From the IMG/VR virus record IMGVR_UViG_3300037467_002795: a DNA stretch of 64,000 nt; one strand, given 5' to 3'. The position numbers and the translations under genes are program-made. The notes beneath the pieces are model-generated. The model was not told the DNA's origin. It did not search any database and saw nothing but the letters and a program-made list of their open reading frames with translations. The DNA is from an uncultured virus (IMG/VR IMGVR_UViG_3300037467_002795). Taxonomy: Duplodnaviria; Heunggongvirae; Uroviricota; Caudoviricetes. Positions 9,844-19,805 of this stretch are shown here, one piece after another; position 1 is the first letter of the stretch, and every line of letters starts with the position of its first letter.

Positions 9844-10633
9844 GAGAAAGCCGTTGGTCCCAGGAGGTCTTTACGGCAAATGGAAAGTTATTGAGGTCGA
9901 CCCAGTAAGAGGGAGCCGCGGAAGCATAAAATACCTGTGTATTTGCACTCCGTGTGGAAAAACCTTTTCGGTTTATAAACATATCATTGTCAAGGGGCGA
10001 AGTAGCCAGTGCAGAAGCTGCGCAAGAAAGGAACAACGAGCCCAAAAGTACATGCTTCGGGAGGGAGAACGGTTTGGCAAGTGGGAGGTGATAAAGTTCG
10101 ACTCAAGACCCCGAAGCATAAAATATAAGGGGTTCAAGTTCATCTGCTTGTGTCATGAATGTGGCAAAAAGTGGTCGGTGATGGGTTCGCAGCTTCGAAG
10201 AGGCAAATCCACCTACTGTCGACCTTGTAATCTGGGAAAGCAACAAGAAGAAAACGTCAATTGGCGAGGATATGGAAAAATATCGCGGACTACCTTCTTT
10301 TTCATACAGAAAGGTGCGGAAACTCGCGGGTTGGAGTTCCGGGTCACAATTCAAGAATTATGGGAACTTTACGAGTCACAAGGAGGGCTTTGTGCCCTGA
10401 CCAAGCAACCTATTTCATTTGGCTCATACCGGTATGACAATATAACCGCATCTCTTGACCGAATTAACTCAGAATATGGTTATTACATAGGCAATGTCCA
10501 ATGGGTCCATAAAGACATCAACATGATGAAACTCGACTACGGTCAAGACGAGTTTATTGAGTGGTGTCGAAAAGTAGCGGACGCAAACCCTCGGAGACAA
10601 GAAAATGGCCAAGAAAACCCAGTCTCAGCCTGA
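9833..10633 (+). CDS. HNH-type homing endonuclease with Cys-rich N-terminal repeats
   Basis: GLCALT...ASLDRINSEYGY...GNVQWVHKDINMMK; AT-rich; paralog of 61729 and 62492. Confidence 0.8.
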   Translation: MKGERKPLVPGGLYGKWKVIEVDPVRGSRGSIKYLCICTPCGKTFSVYKHIIVKGRSSQCRSCARKEQRAQKYMLREGERFGKWEVIKFDSRPRSIKYKGFKFICLCHECGKKWSVMGSQLRRGKSTYCRPCNLGKQQEENVNWRGYGKISRTTFFFIQKGAETRGLEFRVTIQELWELYESQGGLCALTKQPISFGSYRYDNITASLDRINSEYGYYIGNVQWVHKDINMMKLDYGQDEFIEWCRKVADANPRRQENGQENPVSA

Positions 10634-11711
10634 TAGCAGTGTGTCGTCCGAGATTGCTCGCCTTATCGCTGAGGTCGACAAGGAGTACGGAGCCGGCATT
10701 ATCCGACCGGGCCAGTTCCTGCTTGAAAACCCGCCGAACATTATTCCTTTTAGTCCGGGAATTGACACGAAGGTAAAAGGATGTCCGGATGGCTCTTTCG
10801 TGACCATTTCCGGGCCGCCGAAGACCGGCAAGGGTGTTACGGCCCTGAGTTTCCTGGCCGAGTGCCAAAAGCCCGAAAACGGGTCTCGACCGGTCATGAT
10901 TCTGAGCGTTGAACACCGCCTTAGTCAGCGGGACCTTATGGGGATTGAGGGACTCAAGTACACCGAGCCGCATCTTTATTTCATCGAGTCTAAAAAGGGC
11001 AGATTGCTAAGTAGCGTAGATTTCTTAGACATCGGCGGGCGGTTTCTCAAGAGTTGCCCAGGTGGCGTTCTCCTGATTGACAGCGTGAGTGCCCTTGTCA
11101 ATCCGGACATGATGAACGAGAACCTGGACGCCCAGGACCGGGGGGCGGGCAACAAGTACGTGTGCCGCTTCTGCGACATTTACGGGCCGGTGTGTCGCGT
11201 TAACGGGAACATCGTGGTAGGCATCGTTCAAATGTATAGCAATACATCAGGAAAAGGCGCATGGGTGCTCGAAAAAGTCCCATCGAGATTTAAGCATCAG
11301 ACCGACCTCTGGCTCTGTCTCAAATCTAGTCGGCCCTGGAAGACATCTGACGCAGAAGACGCAGAAGAAGTTGGCCTCCAGGTGACTTGGGAGATAAAGA
11401 ACTCCAGCATCGGCAATAGAGGCAAGGTCGAGTCATGGATACGGTACGGGGTCGGCGTCGACAAGGTTTATGAACTCTTCTTGCTTGCCAACGCCTTCGG
11501 CATCATCAGCGGGACCGGTTGGTACACGTTCGATTTTTTGGAGAAGAAACCCGAGCTCCGCAAGGGAACTGACTACGCGGATAAGGAGGTAGTGAAAGTG
11601 CAGGGCAAAGAAAAGGCCTTGCAATTGTTAAAGGACCATCCTGCATGGATTGCAGCACTTTATGAAGCGGTAGGACCATTTATCCGGCCGGCGGCTTCGT
11701 CTGGGGCCTAA
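10605..11711 (+). CDS. recA: RecA/UvsX-like recombinase
   Basis: IAEVDKEYGAG, Walker A GPPKTGKG, Walker B LLIDSVSAL, IRYGVGVD, GWYTF. Confidence 0.8.
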   Translation: MAKKTQSQPDSSVSSEIARLIAEVDKEYGAGIIRPGQFLLENPPNIIPFSPGIDTKVKGCPDGSFVTISGPPKTGKGVTALSFLAECQKPENGSRPVMILSVEHRLSQRDLMGIEGLKYTEPHLYFIESKKGRLLSSVDFLDIGGRFLKSCPGGVLLIDSVSALVNPDMMNENLDAQDRGAGNKYVCRFCDIYGPVCRVNGNIVVGIVQMYSNTSGKGAWVLEKVPSRFKHQTDLWLCLKSSRPWKTSDAEDAEEVGLQVTWEIKNSSIGNRGKVESWIRYGVGVDKVYELFLLANAFGIISGTGWYTFDFLEKKPELRKGTDYADKEVVKVQGKEKALQLLKDHPAWIAALYEAVGPFIRPAASSGA

Positions 11712-11712
11712 G

Positions 11713-12126
11713 GTGGCTAATCCTTTTTTCCGGCAGGGAAACATCATGCTGCTGGCGACATTCGGCGTGGAAGATGTCGTCAATCTGGTTCGAACCCTCA
11801 CGGCTCAAGAAGGGCCGCATGAGTCGGTTGTCGTCACCGCCCCGACTTACGCCCAAGCCAAGAAGGTTCTTCGGCAACTGTCGACCGAACTTTTCGGCTG
11901 CAAAGAGCAGGTCACAGTCGAGTTCGACCGCACCTCGCTCAAGGTCTGGAATACGGAGGTCGTGGCTATGTCCCTCGGTCGAGTGGCGGACCTCAAGCCC
12001 GATGTTCTGGTCGTTGTGAATATCTACCAGGTCCCCCGCCAGGTACTCGGCAAAATCCTCGTGTCGCTCGGGGGGTCGCGAGCCGACCTGCTCGCCATCG
12101 GAAAGCACATGGAAATCTGCGGGTGA
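11713..12126 (+). CDS. Hypothetical protein (degenerate P-loop/terminase-like fragment)
   Basis: VVTAPTYAQAK. Confidence 0.4.
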   Translation: MANPFFRQGNIMLLATFGVEDVVNLVRTLTAQEGPHESVVVTAPTYAQAKKVLRQLSTELFGCKEQVTVEFDRTSLKVWNTEVVAMSLGRVADLKPDVLVVVNIYQVPRQVLGKILVSLGGSRADLLAIGKHMEICG

Positions 12127-12130
12127 GGGC

Positions 12131-12215
12131 ACACCTCCCTCTCCTGCCGGAACTGCGTTCCGGTCGCCAAAGGTGACTATGGAAGCTTCGCTCCCGTCGG
12201 CGGAGCCAACTGCCG
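12131..12215 (-). repeat. 85-bp multi-hairpin element, intergenic copy A
   Basis: Its reverse complement matches 40504-40588 at 73/85 nt with no gaps. Confidence 0.9.
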
Positions 12216-12230
12216 AAAGGTGTCCCACAC

Positions 12231-12677
12231 ATGCAGGTGACCGGTCTGGACTTTCGCACTTACAAATTGGACTTGGCCCGGAAGGTGGTAGTAGCGGACA
12301 CTCGCGTGCGTTCCTCGGGGCATCTGGAAGCCCGCCGCTTGTTGGTCGAGCTCTACCCCTTCGACCCCCCGCACGAAGAGGTATCATTGCCGGGGTGCCA
12401 GCGACCGCTGTATCTGGATTTTTTGCTGCCGACCCGGAAGCTGGCCGTCGAGGTCCAGGGCGTTCAGCACCGGCAGTTCACCCCCCACTTTCACGGCTCG
12501 CAAGCCAAGTTCCGCGAGCAGGTCCACCGCGACCGGCTCAAGGTTCAGTTTTGCGAACTCAACGGCATTGTTCTGGTGCATTTACATGACGATAGGCGAG
12601 AGGGATGGGCCGGACAACTCCGCAACGCCTGGCTGGCTGGCTCTCCAGCACCAGAGGCTGGACCAGTGGGAACTTGA
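12231..12677 (+). CDS. Vsr/DUF559-like PD-(D/E)XK endonuclease
   Basis: LYLDFLLP..KLAVEVQGVQH...RDRLKVQFCELNGI. Confidence 0.75.
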   Translation: MQVTGLDFRTYKLDLARKVVVADTRVRSSGHLEARRLLVELYPFDPPHEEVSLPGCQRPLYLDFLLPTRKLAVEVQGVQHRQFTPHFHGSQAKFREQVHRDRLKVQFCELNGIVLVHLHDDRREGWAGQLRNAWLAGSPAPEAGPVGT

Positions 12678-13104
12678 CGTGGGTTTACCCACCCTTCAGG
12701 TCCCCCTCATCAAGGACGAGGCCGTTCGACTACTAGAGCTGACCCCGGACGACCGCCGCAGGCTGTCCGGAGAAGAGCTGGCCGACGCCGCGGTGACCTT
12801 GAGTATGTACGCGACGTACCTTTCGAGATTGGCCCAGAGGGAGGAAGCTGACGCAGTCCTGCTCGATGAACGGGTAGTCTCGTTGTTACGATGTTCGCTT
12901 GCGAACCAGCCGGCTTACACCCCGCACGAACGGCGGGTTCTGGCACTGAACCAGAGCGTCGAAGCTCGGGCGACTGACCTTCAACGGGTTGGGGCCTCGG
13001 TGAAGGCCAAGCGGCTCGCGTTCTTTGCCGCTCGCGTGGACCGGGTAGCCCAGTCATACGAGCGGCTTGCTTATTCGAGGAGAGGGGAACGACATGGCCA
13101 GTAA
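12586..13104 (+). CDS. Hypothetical helical protein
   Basis: ORF in the replication operon. Confidence 0.5.
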   Translation: MTIGERDGPDNSATPGWLALQHQRLDQWELDVGLPTLQVPLIKDEAVRLLELTPDDRRRLSGEELADAAVTLSMYATYLSRLAQREEADAVLLDERVVSLLRCSLANQPAYTPHERRVLALNQSVEARATDLQRVGASVKAKRLAFFAARVDRVAQSYERLAYSRRGERHGQ

Positions 13105-13720
13105 GAAACCGACCGTGGCGGAACTGAAAGAGAAAATCCGCCATAGTATCGAAGCGGGTCGAATGGGTGATGCCCTGGAGGCGACAGAAGAGCTCGCAAA
13201 GCTCGCGGGAACTTCACCTCCCAAGAAAAAGGCGGCGGCCAAACCGAAGAGGTCGGCACCCAAAAAAAGCCGCGAGGCTGGGGCGAAGCCCCAGAAGCCC
13301 CAGAAGGCTATCGACCTACCTGACCTCGATACGACCGGGGCCGTCCTGCTTGATATTCCCAGTTCGACAAAGTCGAACAAGCCGGATATCGCCGACCAGT
13401 TCCGTGTGCAACCAAACCCCACGGCTCCCGACGGCCGCAAGTTTATGACCTCCGGAAAGGTCCAGACTGGCGTCAAAAAGAACACGTTCAGACCCAACAA
13501 AAAGGATGCGGTCAAGGAGCTGGAAGAGGACCGCCAGTTCTGGGAAGGGAAGGAGCCAACCTCTCGCGGCGACCGGGGCGAGGTGGATGTCCGCAGGGTG
13601 AAGGTTAAATGTGATAGATGCGAACGCACGTACGAGGCCGAGCCCTGGGACGTGGACCGACGGGTGGCGGGCGACGACGAGCGGATGGACAACGTGTGTC
13701 CGCGGTGCTTTCGTTCCTGA
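13094..13720 (+). CDS. Hypothetical protein with a C-terminal zinc finger
   Basis: CDRC...CPRC; basic low-complexity linker. Confidence 0.55.
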   Translation: MASKKPTVAELKEKIRHSIEAGRMGDALEATEELAKLAGTSPPKKKAAAKPKRSAPKKSREAGAKPQKPQKAIDLPDLDTTGAVLLDIPSSTKSNKPDIADQFRVQPNPTAPDGRKFMTSGKVQTGVKKNTFRPNKKDAVKELEEDRQFWEGKEPTSRGDRGEVDVRRVKVKCDRCERTYEAEPWDVDRRVAGDDERMDNVCPRCFRS

Positions 13721-13739
13721 CTGTTCTGGAGAACAGTAA

Positions 13740-15197
13740 ATGCCTGATGAGCTTTGCGACGTCTGGTCTGAGCGGGCAATTTTGGGGGCCTGCTTCCGGT
13801 ACGGAGCAGATGTCTTTATTGACGTGGACGATTTGGTTACCGACCGCTCGTTCACGGTTGATAGCAATAGGACCATCTTCAAGTGCCTGCGACACCTGTT
13901 CGGCCAGGACCCCGAATGCGTGCCGGATGTCCCGTCGATTTTATCCGCAGCTCGGGCCATCGGACTTGAAACGGTGTTTGAGGACGCGGAAGAACTCAAG
14001 CATCTGCGGGCGGTTCTGAATACGCCGGTCGAAAAAAACAATGCTCGCAAGCTCGCGGCGAAGGTCCGCAAGCTGGAAGTCGCTCGGGCCGGGCTCGAAA
14101 TCGGCGACCAAATCAAGGACGGGCTGCTGAAGGTCACCGGGGACGAGTCGGTCGCGGCCATCCTGAACCTGCTCGAGGCCCCCGTCTTCGAATTCGTTAA
14201 CGGTCTCGCCAAGGACCAGCAGGACGGCCCGAAACCCATCGGGGCCGACATTGACCTGTTCCTGGCCCACCTGGAGCAGCATCCAGTTGACCAGATGGGG
14301 CTGCCTCTGGGCCTGCCGAACTGGGAACGGGCAGTCGGGGGCGGAGCCAGGCCGGGCACACTGAACGTGTTCGGAGCTCGTCCAAAAACCGGGAAAACTT
14401 CCCTGGGTTTGAATATTGGAAGGTTTGTTGCCTCGCAGTTGAATTTGCCTGTCCTCTACCTCGATACGGAGATGACCGACAAGGACCACAAGGTCAAGAT
14501 GCTGGCCGCCCTGTCCGGGGTCCCCATGAAGACCATCGAGACGGGCAAGTTCGCGAGCACGGAGGAGGGACGACAGAAGGTGGCGGCAGCGGCCGACGTT
14601 ATCCGCCCGATGCCGTACGAGCCACTGAGCATCGCCGGGCAGCCGTTCGAGGAGACCGTGGCGATTATGCGGCGGTGGCTGGTCCGCCGGGTTGGGCTCG
14701 GGTCGGACGGCAAGGCCAAGCCCTGCCTGATTATTTTTGATTATCTGAAGCTGATGGAGGCCTCGGGGCTCTCGAAGCACCTCCAGGAGTTCCAATTACT
14801 GGGCTTCATCATGACCGGCCTGCACAACTTCGCGGTCAAGTATGGGGTGCCCATTGTCCTGTTTGTCCAGCTCAACCGGGACGGCATTGAGGCCGAAAAC
14901 TCGACGGCCGCTTCCGGCTCGGACCGCATCATTTGGCTGTGCAGCAACTTCACGATTTTCAAGCCGTTGACCGACGAAGAAATGGCCGACCAAACGGGCC
15001 GCAAAAAAAAGTTCAACCGCAAGTTCAAGGTCTCGGAATGTCGTCATGGGCCCGGACTCGACGGAGATGATTTTATTTACGTGGACTTCCAGCGGGACTG
15101 CTGCCTGATTACCGAGGGCCCCACGGTCAACCAGCTGCGGGCGAGCGACCCGACCAAACCGTTCTCGGTCGATGGGGGTGCGGATGTCGCGTTCTAG
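13740..15197 (+). CDS. dnaB: Replicative DNA helicase DnaB
   Basis: ERAILG, GARPKTGKT, YLDTEM, IIFDYLKL, QLNR, CRHGP. Confidence 0.92.
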   Translation: MPDELCDVWSERAILGACFRYGADVFIDVDDLVTDRSFTVDSNRTIFKCLRHLFGQDPECVPDVPSILSAARAIGLETVFEDAEELKHLRAVLNTPVEKNNARKLAAKVRKLEVARAGLEIGDQIKDGLLKVTGDESVAAILNLLEAPVFEFVNGLAKDQQDGPKPIGADIDLFLAHLEQHPVDQMGLPLGLPNWERAVGGGARPGTLNVFGARPKTGKTSLGLNIGRFVASQLNLPVLYLDTEMTDKDHKVKMLAALSGVPMKTIETGKFASTEEGRQKVAAAADVIRPMPYEPLSIAGQPFEETVAIMRRWLVRRVGLGSDGKAKPCLIIFDYLKLMEASGLSKHLQEFQLLGFIMTGLHNFAVKYGVPIVLFVQLNRDGIEAENSTAASGSDRIIWLCSNFTIFKPLTDEEMADQTGRKKKFNRKFKVSECRHGPGLDGDDFIYVDFQRDCCLITEGPTVNQLRASDPTKPFSVDGGADVAF

Positions 15198-16341
15198 CCA
15201 TCACCGCTTCTCGGATGTCGACCATGCGAGACTGAGTCTCTTGGGAGAACTCGCGTCCTACAAGACCGATGAGCTACTGACGCAACTGGACGTGCGGTGT
15301 CGGCGAACTGGCAAGTTGTACCTGGGTCCCTGCCCTGTTCATGACGGCGACCGGGCAAACGGCTGGAATTTTTACCCGGACGGGCACACGACGCGGGGCG
15401 TTTGGTATTGCCGGACCCGCGAGTGCCACAAGACGTTCGTCGGGGACATCCCGGGCTTGGTCCGCGGGATTCTGTCCCGGCGGGACCTGGGGTGGGAACC
15501 GGGGAGCCGCAAGCTTGTCCCGATGACGGAAGTCATCCAGTACCTGTGCGGGTTCGTCGGCCAGAGCTGGGACAGTCTCAAGGCAGACCTGGTGGCGGCC
15601 GAGAAGCGGCGGTTCGTGGCGGACATGGCGGTCCTGGGGCGGGCGGTAGAGACGCGAAGTGAGGGCTGGGACCCCAAGGTCGCCCGGGACCGGCTGTCGA
15701 TTCCCTCCCAATATTTTTTGAAGCGGGGGTGTTCCCGCGAGGTTCTCGAGCGGTATCTGGTGGGCGAATCCCGCGCGACGGACCCTGGTGCCGAGATGTA
15801 TCAGAGGGCGGTGGTCCCCATTTTTGACCGGGAAGGCCGGCGGGTGGTCGGGGGGACTGGACGCAGTGTGTGGGAGTGCTGCGCACGCTGTCGCCTCTGG
15901 CACAATCCCGAAGAGGGTTGTCCGTCCGGTGCGACGAGCGAAGCGAGAAGCACCAAGTGGAGACATAGCCGCGGATTCCCCGTCGAGCACACGCTGTATA
16001 ACTGGTGGGCGGCTCGCGAGCCGATTCGGACCCTGGGGCGGGTGGTCCTGGTCGAGGGCCCGCTCGATGTGCTCAAGCTCGAGATGGCCGGGGTGCGAAA
16101 CTCGGTCGCCCTCTTCGGGGTGAATCTCAGCGACCCCCAGCAGGTTTTGCTGGAAGGCTCCGGGGCCCACACGGTCATCCCCCTCCTGGACTCGGACCCC
16201 GCGGGGGCGGCCGGACGGGCGAACCTTATCAAGGAACTGCGTCGGTCGTTCCGGGTTCGGGCAGTTGAACTGCCGGGTAAGGACCCCGGGGATATGACTG
16301 CCGAACAGATTCGGGCCGAGCTAATTCCCCTGATTTCTTAG
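15184..16341 (+). CDS. dnaG: DNA primase (CHC2 zinc finger + TOPRIM)
   Basis: CPVHDGD...WYCRTREC; VLVEGPLDV; LDSDPAG; KDPGDM. Confidence 0.9.
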   Translation: MSRSSHHRFSDVDHARLSLLGELASYKTDELLTQLDVRCRRTGKLYLGPCPVHDGDRANGWNFYPDGHTTRGVWYCRTRECHKTFVGDIPGLVRGILSRRDLGWEPGSRKLVPMTEVIQYLCGFVGQSWDSLKADLVAAEKRRFVADMAVLGRAVETRSEGWDPKVARDRLSIPSQYFLKRGCSREVLERYLVGESRATDPGAEMYQRAVVPIFDREGRRVVGGTGRSVWECCARCRLWHNPEEGCPSGATSEARSTKWRHSRGFPVEHTLYNWWAAREPIRTLGRVVLVEGPLDVLKLEMAGVRNSVALFGVNLSDPQQVLLEGSGAHTVIPLLDSDPAGAAGRANLIKELRRSFRVRAVELPGKDPGDMTAEQIRAELIPLIS

Positions 16342-16365
16342 TGACCTATCCACGGAGTAGTTTTA

Positions 16366-16872
16366 GTGTCGACAAAACGACTACTCGTTGTCGGACATGG
16401 CAGGGCAGGCAAAGATACGGCCCTCGAGCACTTGGCCCTCATTACCGGGCTCAAGAATGCCGGAACGACCAGCCTGTACTTGGCCAAGTACGTAGCCGAA
16501 GCCCTTGGAGTTCCAAAGGAACTCGCGTACGCCGAACGCCACCAGAACCGCGAGATATGGAAACGAATTGGCGATGAAATCCGCCAAGACGACCCCACAA
16601 AGCTGATTCGCGAGGCGTTGGCGGTTGGGCCATTGACGGGCGGGGTGCGGGATATTGCGGAGGTCGCCGCGGCTCGGGCCGAAGGGCTATTCGACCTCAT
16701 TGTGTGGGTTCAAAACGACCGAGTCCCACCAGACCCCACGGTGACATTCACCGAGCGTGAGTGCGACGTGGTGATTCAGAATAATTGGGGTCTGTGTGAG
16801 TTCAAGAAGCGGCTGGAAAATATGGCGAAGTTTGGCGGATTTCTTTCGAGTCGGGATTTTCTTCACAGGTGA
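16366..16872 (+). CDS. Deoxynucleotide monophosphate kinase-like P-loop protein
   Basis: GHGRAGKDT; GVRD..E. Confidence 0.75.
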   Translation: MSTKRLLVVGHGRAGKDTALEHLALITGLKNAGTTSLYLAKYVAEALGVPKELAYAERHQNREIWKRIGDEIRQDDPTKLIREALAVGPLTGGVRDIAEVAAARAEGLFDLIVWVQNDRVPPDPTVTFTERECDVVIQNNWGLCEFKKRLENMAKFGGFLSSRDFLHR

Positions 16873-16885
16873 GCGGAGCGGACCC

Positions 16886-17122
16886 ATGAACCACATCAAC
16901 AATTTGCCCGTCGGGCTTCGTGAGGCCCTTAAGGATTACGCGACTCGTAAACGAGTCTTGGAACTGGCCGAGAAGGAATTGCAGGAGGCCCGGGACTGGG
17001 TTGAACAGTGTGTCGATACGCTCGACGGTCGCACGGTCGTGAATTACCTGGGCGTGGCCTACACGCTCGACCCGACCGACCGGTTTGTTCCATTTTCGGA
17101 CGACGGAGGGAGTTCGCGATGA
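16886..17122 (+). CDS. Hypothetical protein
   Basis: Short coupled ORF. Confidence 0.45.
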   Translation: MNHINNLPVGLREALKDYATRKRVLELAEKELQEARDWVEQCVDTLDGRTVVNYLGVAYTLDPTDRFVPFSDDGGSSR

Positions 17123-17277
17123 CTTGGGGTGAGTTCAAGCAATACTTGGCCGACCACGACGTGAAGGACTCGGACCCCATCTGGTATATAGACATTTCCC
17201 TGCCGGAACTCGAGAGTGTGACGAGGGAACCGACCGTAGTGGTTGACACCCAACTGGGGGTTGGGGTACACAATTGA
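17119..17277 (+). CDS. Small hypothetical protein (MTWGEFK...)
   Basis: ATGA overlap and GGAG RBS. Confidence 0.45.
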   Translation: MTWGEFKQYLADHDVKDSDPIWYIDISLPELESVTREPTVVVDTQLGVGVHN

Positions 17278-18305
17278 TTATCACATACCTGAGAAGTTCC
17301 TCGTATGGCACTTACTCCCTTTGCCCCTTCCAGTTCTATCTTAACTATACTTTAGGTATCCAACAGAAGCCGAATTTTAAGACTGAGAAGGGCTCAATTG
17401 TTCACAAGGCTCTCGAACTCCTGGCCCACCGCAAGGTGTGCGAACAGGGGGGATTGGCTGGATTCCGAGAGGACGAGCTCGGCCGCCAGTTCTGGGCCGA
17501 AGATATCAGTGTCGAGGCTGCGGTCGAAGCAGCCTGGCGGCATTACACGCACTTCAACGAAAGTGGGCACAATTGGCCACGGGCAGATTACGACGACTGC
17601 TTGCGGTGGACCCGGGACGTGGTCGAGTTCAACGATGGGTGTTTTAATCCGCTAAACCGACACATTGTTTGTCCGGAGCAATATTTCGACCTAACGGTCG
17701 ATGAGCCCTGGGCTCGGTACGAATACACCGACCCGTTCACGGGTAAAAAACTGGTGGGCCAACTGGCCGTCAAAGGTAGTATTGACCTGATTACGGAAGT
17801 GAACCAGGGTGTTCTCGAGTATCTAGACTGGAAGTCGGGCCGGCTCTGGGATTGGGCTAAGGACAAGCCAAAAGAGTACAAGGACCTATACGAGGACCCC
17901 CAACTTCTTCTTTATTTTTATGCCCTCAGCCGGCTTTACCCCCAATACCGGACCACGCTGGTGACCATCTTTTTCGCCCAGGTTCGAATGCCGTTTACTA
18001 TCCCATTTAACCGGGAAGTCGACGTGCCGCGGGCGCTCGACATGCTCCGAAAGCGGTTCGAGCTAATTCGCCACGACAACAAGCCGGCACGAATCATGGA
18101 CGACCCGGCGAAGCGGTGGAAGTGTGGCAGTTTCTGCTACTTCGGTCGCAATAAATATAAGGAGTCGAGCGACAGCATTTGCAATGTGGTCCACAAAGAT
18201 GTCGTGAAGCTGGGTCTGGAACGGGCAATGGTAAAACACGGACGATTTAACGCTTATAAGAATTACGGCAGCGGCGGCGGCCAATCTAATCGGGAGACGG
18301 TATGA
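17274..18305 (+). CDS. PD-(D/E)XK RecB/Cas4-like exonuclease
   Basis: CPFQF, GSIVHKALE, GSIDL, LDWKSG, QLLLY, C-terminal C..C..C. Confidence 0.85.
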   Translation: MIITYLRSSSYGTYSLCPFQFYLNYTLGIQQKPNFKTEKGSIVHKALELLAHRKVCEQGGLAGFREDELGRQFWAEDISVEAAVEAAWRHYTHFNESGHNWPRADYDDCLRWTRDVVEFNDGCFNPLNRHIVCPEQYFDLTVDEPWARYEYTDPFTGKKLVGQLAVKGSIDLITEVNQGVLEYLDWKSGRLWDWAKDKPKEYKDLYEDPQLLLYFYALSRLYPQYRTTLVTIFFAQVRMPFTIPFNREVDVPRALDMLRKRFELIRHDNKPARIMDDPAKRWKCGSFCYFGRNKYKESSDSICNVVHKDVVKLGLERAMVKHGRFNAYKNYGSGGGQSNRETV

Positions 18306-18514
18306 GCCTGACCCTAGTTGAAATCGACGGCGGATGGTCCGGTCTTTACCAAGACGGCGTCCTGAAAGTCGAAGGCCCCTTTATTACGGCTCAAGACCTG
18401 GCAGCCCTCGCCGGGATTCCGCTCGAAGTTCGCGAAGTGTCCGAACAGTTTTTGTTGAACAACGGCGGCTTACCGCTCAATCTGGCCCTGGTTTCTGACT
18501 CTCATAAGGAATAG
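18302..18514 (+). CDS. Hypothetical protein
   Basis: Coupled ORF; WSGLYQDGVL. Confidence 0.5.
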   Translation: MSLTLVEIDGGWSGLYQDGVLKVEGPFITAQDLAALAGIPLEVREVSEQFLLNNGGLPLNLALVSDSHKE

Positions 18515-18517
18515 TAA

Positions 18518-19009
18518 ATGGACCTCGATACTTTTCAGGCCAAGGTTCGCGAGACGGCGGCTTACCCCAGCGAAGCTTCGGTGGTTTACCCCGTGCTGGG
18601 CCTGGCGGGGGAAGCCGGTGAGGTCGCTGAAAAAGTCCGGGCTGCCCTCTTCCCTGCCGGACCTCCGACCGACTGGTCAGATATTTCCTGCCTGTTGAAG
18701 GAGCTCTACCGGTCATTAACCGAGGCTATGAACGCCGGCCGCCAGTGCGAACACCTCAAGAAGCGACTGCGGGACCGCACGGACAAGCTCCCACGGGGGT
18801 TCCTGGACGCTTTGGCCGGACTGGTTTCCCAGATTTCCGAGGATGCCAAGGTCGGAATCTTGAAGGAAGTCGGCGATGTGTGCTGGTACGGGCCTTCGGT
18901 CATCCACGACGTAGGTTCGACTCTCGAGAAGGTCTGTCAGGAGTTACTCGACAAGCTGGCCTCGCGGAAGGCTCGCGGGGTGATTGGGGGGTCGGGCGAC
19001 AACAGGTGA
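18518..19009 (+). CDS. MazG-like nucleotide pyrophosphohydrolase
   Basis: LGLAGEAGEVAEK, KEVGDVCWY, KLASRKARGVIGGSGDNR. Confidence 0.85.
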   Translation: MDLDTFQAKVRETAAYPSEASVVYPVLGLAGEAGEVAEKVRAALFPAGPPTDWSDISCLLKELYRSLTEAMNAGRQCEHLKKRLRDRTDKLPRGFLDALAGLVSQISEDAKVGILKEVGDVCWYGPSVIHDVGSTLEKVCQELLDKLASRKARGVIGGSGDNR

Positions 19010-19021
19010 ACGAAGTTCACT

Positions 19022-19077
19022 TCCGGCAGGAGAGGGACATGGGACATCTCTTGACCTTCCCTGCCGGACACTATAAT
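19022..19077 (+). promoter_or_regulatory. Sigma70-like promoter (TTGACC-15-TATAAT) overlapped by an inverted pair of the TCCGGCAG motif
   Basis: TTGACC 19051-19056, TATAAT 19072-19077; motif copies at 19022-19037(+) and 19053-19068(-). The spacer is short. Confidence 0.5.
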
Positions 19078-19096
19078 ATGAACTGTATAAAGACTC

Positions 19097-19801
19097 GTGA
19101 CAAGCGGAGAACAGGCGGTGTCGGCATTTCTTGAGCCCGAGCAGATTGAACGCTTTTGGTCCAAGGTCAACAAGTCGCCTGGACTTGGCCCAAATGGCGA
19201 CTGTTGGCATTGGACAGCGGGAAAGAAAAACTTAGAAGGCTATGGTGGTTTTTATCTTAAACAAATTGACAATACTATTAATTGCCACAAGCTTTCGTTT
19301 CTTTTGGCTCACAACTTCGGCCTTGAAGATATTCCGAATTCCGTCGTTGTTCGCCACTTATGCAACAATCCTATCTGTGTAAACCCAGCACATTTGGTTC
19401 TGGGCACCTACAAAGACAACAGTCAAGATATGGTGGCTGCCGGAAACGCCAGGAGCGGAGAAGGCAACTGCAATGCCAAACTGACCGAATTGCTAGTTGC
19501 GGAAATCCGAGAACTCTGGGACACCGGTAAGTGGTCCAAAGGTTCCTTGGCCGATAAATTCGGTGTTACGACGTCAGCCATTGGAAATATTGTGACGAAT
19601 AAAACATGGAAGGACCCCAATTACTCTCCACGAAAATTCGCAGAAAACGGGAATCACCGCTGGAAGTACGGCCAGCAGGTAATCGATGAGGTGAGAGAGT
19701 TAAGAGACAGTGGCAAGAGCTACGGCCAAATTTCTGCCATCACTGGGGTAAGCAAATCGCAGATTTCCAATATTATTCGCGGTCGACAACGAAAAGGATA
19801 A
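19097..19801 (+). CDS. HNH homing endonuclease with two C-terminal HTH domains
   Basis: RFWSKV..CWHWT..VRHLCNNPICVNPAHL..GT..DN..DM; AT-rich. Confidence 0.88.
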   Translation: MTSGEQAVSAFLEPEQIERFWSKVNKSPGLGPNGDCWHWTAGKKNLEGYGGFYLKQIDNTINCHKLSFLLAHNFGLEDIPNSVVVRHLCNNPICVNPAHLVLGTYKDNSQDMVAAGNARSGEGNCNAKLTELLVAEIRELWDTGKWSKGSLADKFGVTTSAIGNIVTNKTWKDPNYSPRKFAENGNHRWKYGQQVIDEVRELRDSGKSYGQISAITGVSKSQISNIIRGRQRKG

Positions 19802-19805
19802 TAAT

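Noticed and set aside
17274..18305. Cas4 as part of a CRISPR-Cas locus
   Set aside because: No cas1/cas2 or array nearby. It is a stand-alone phage exonuclease in a replication operon.
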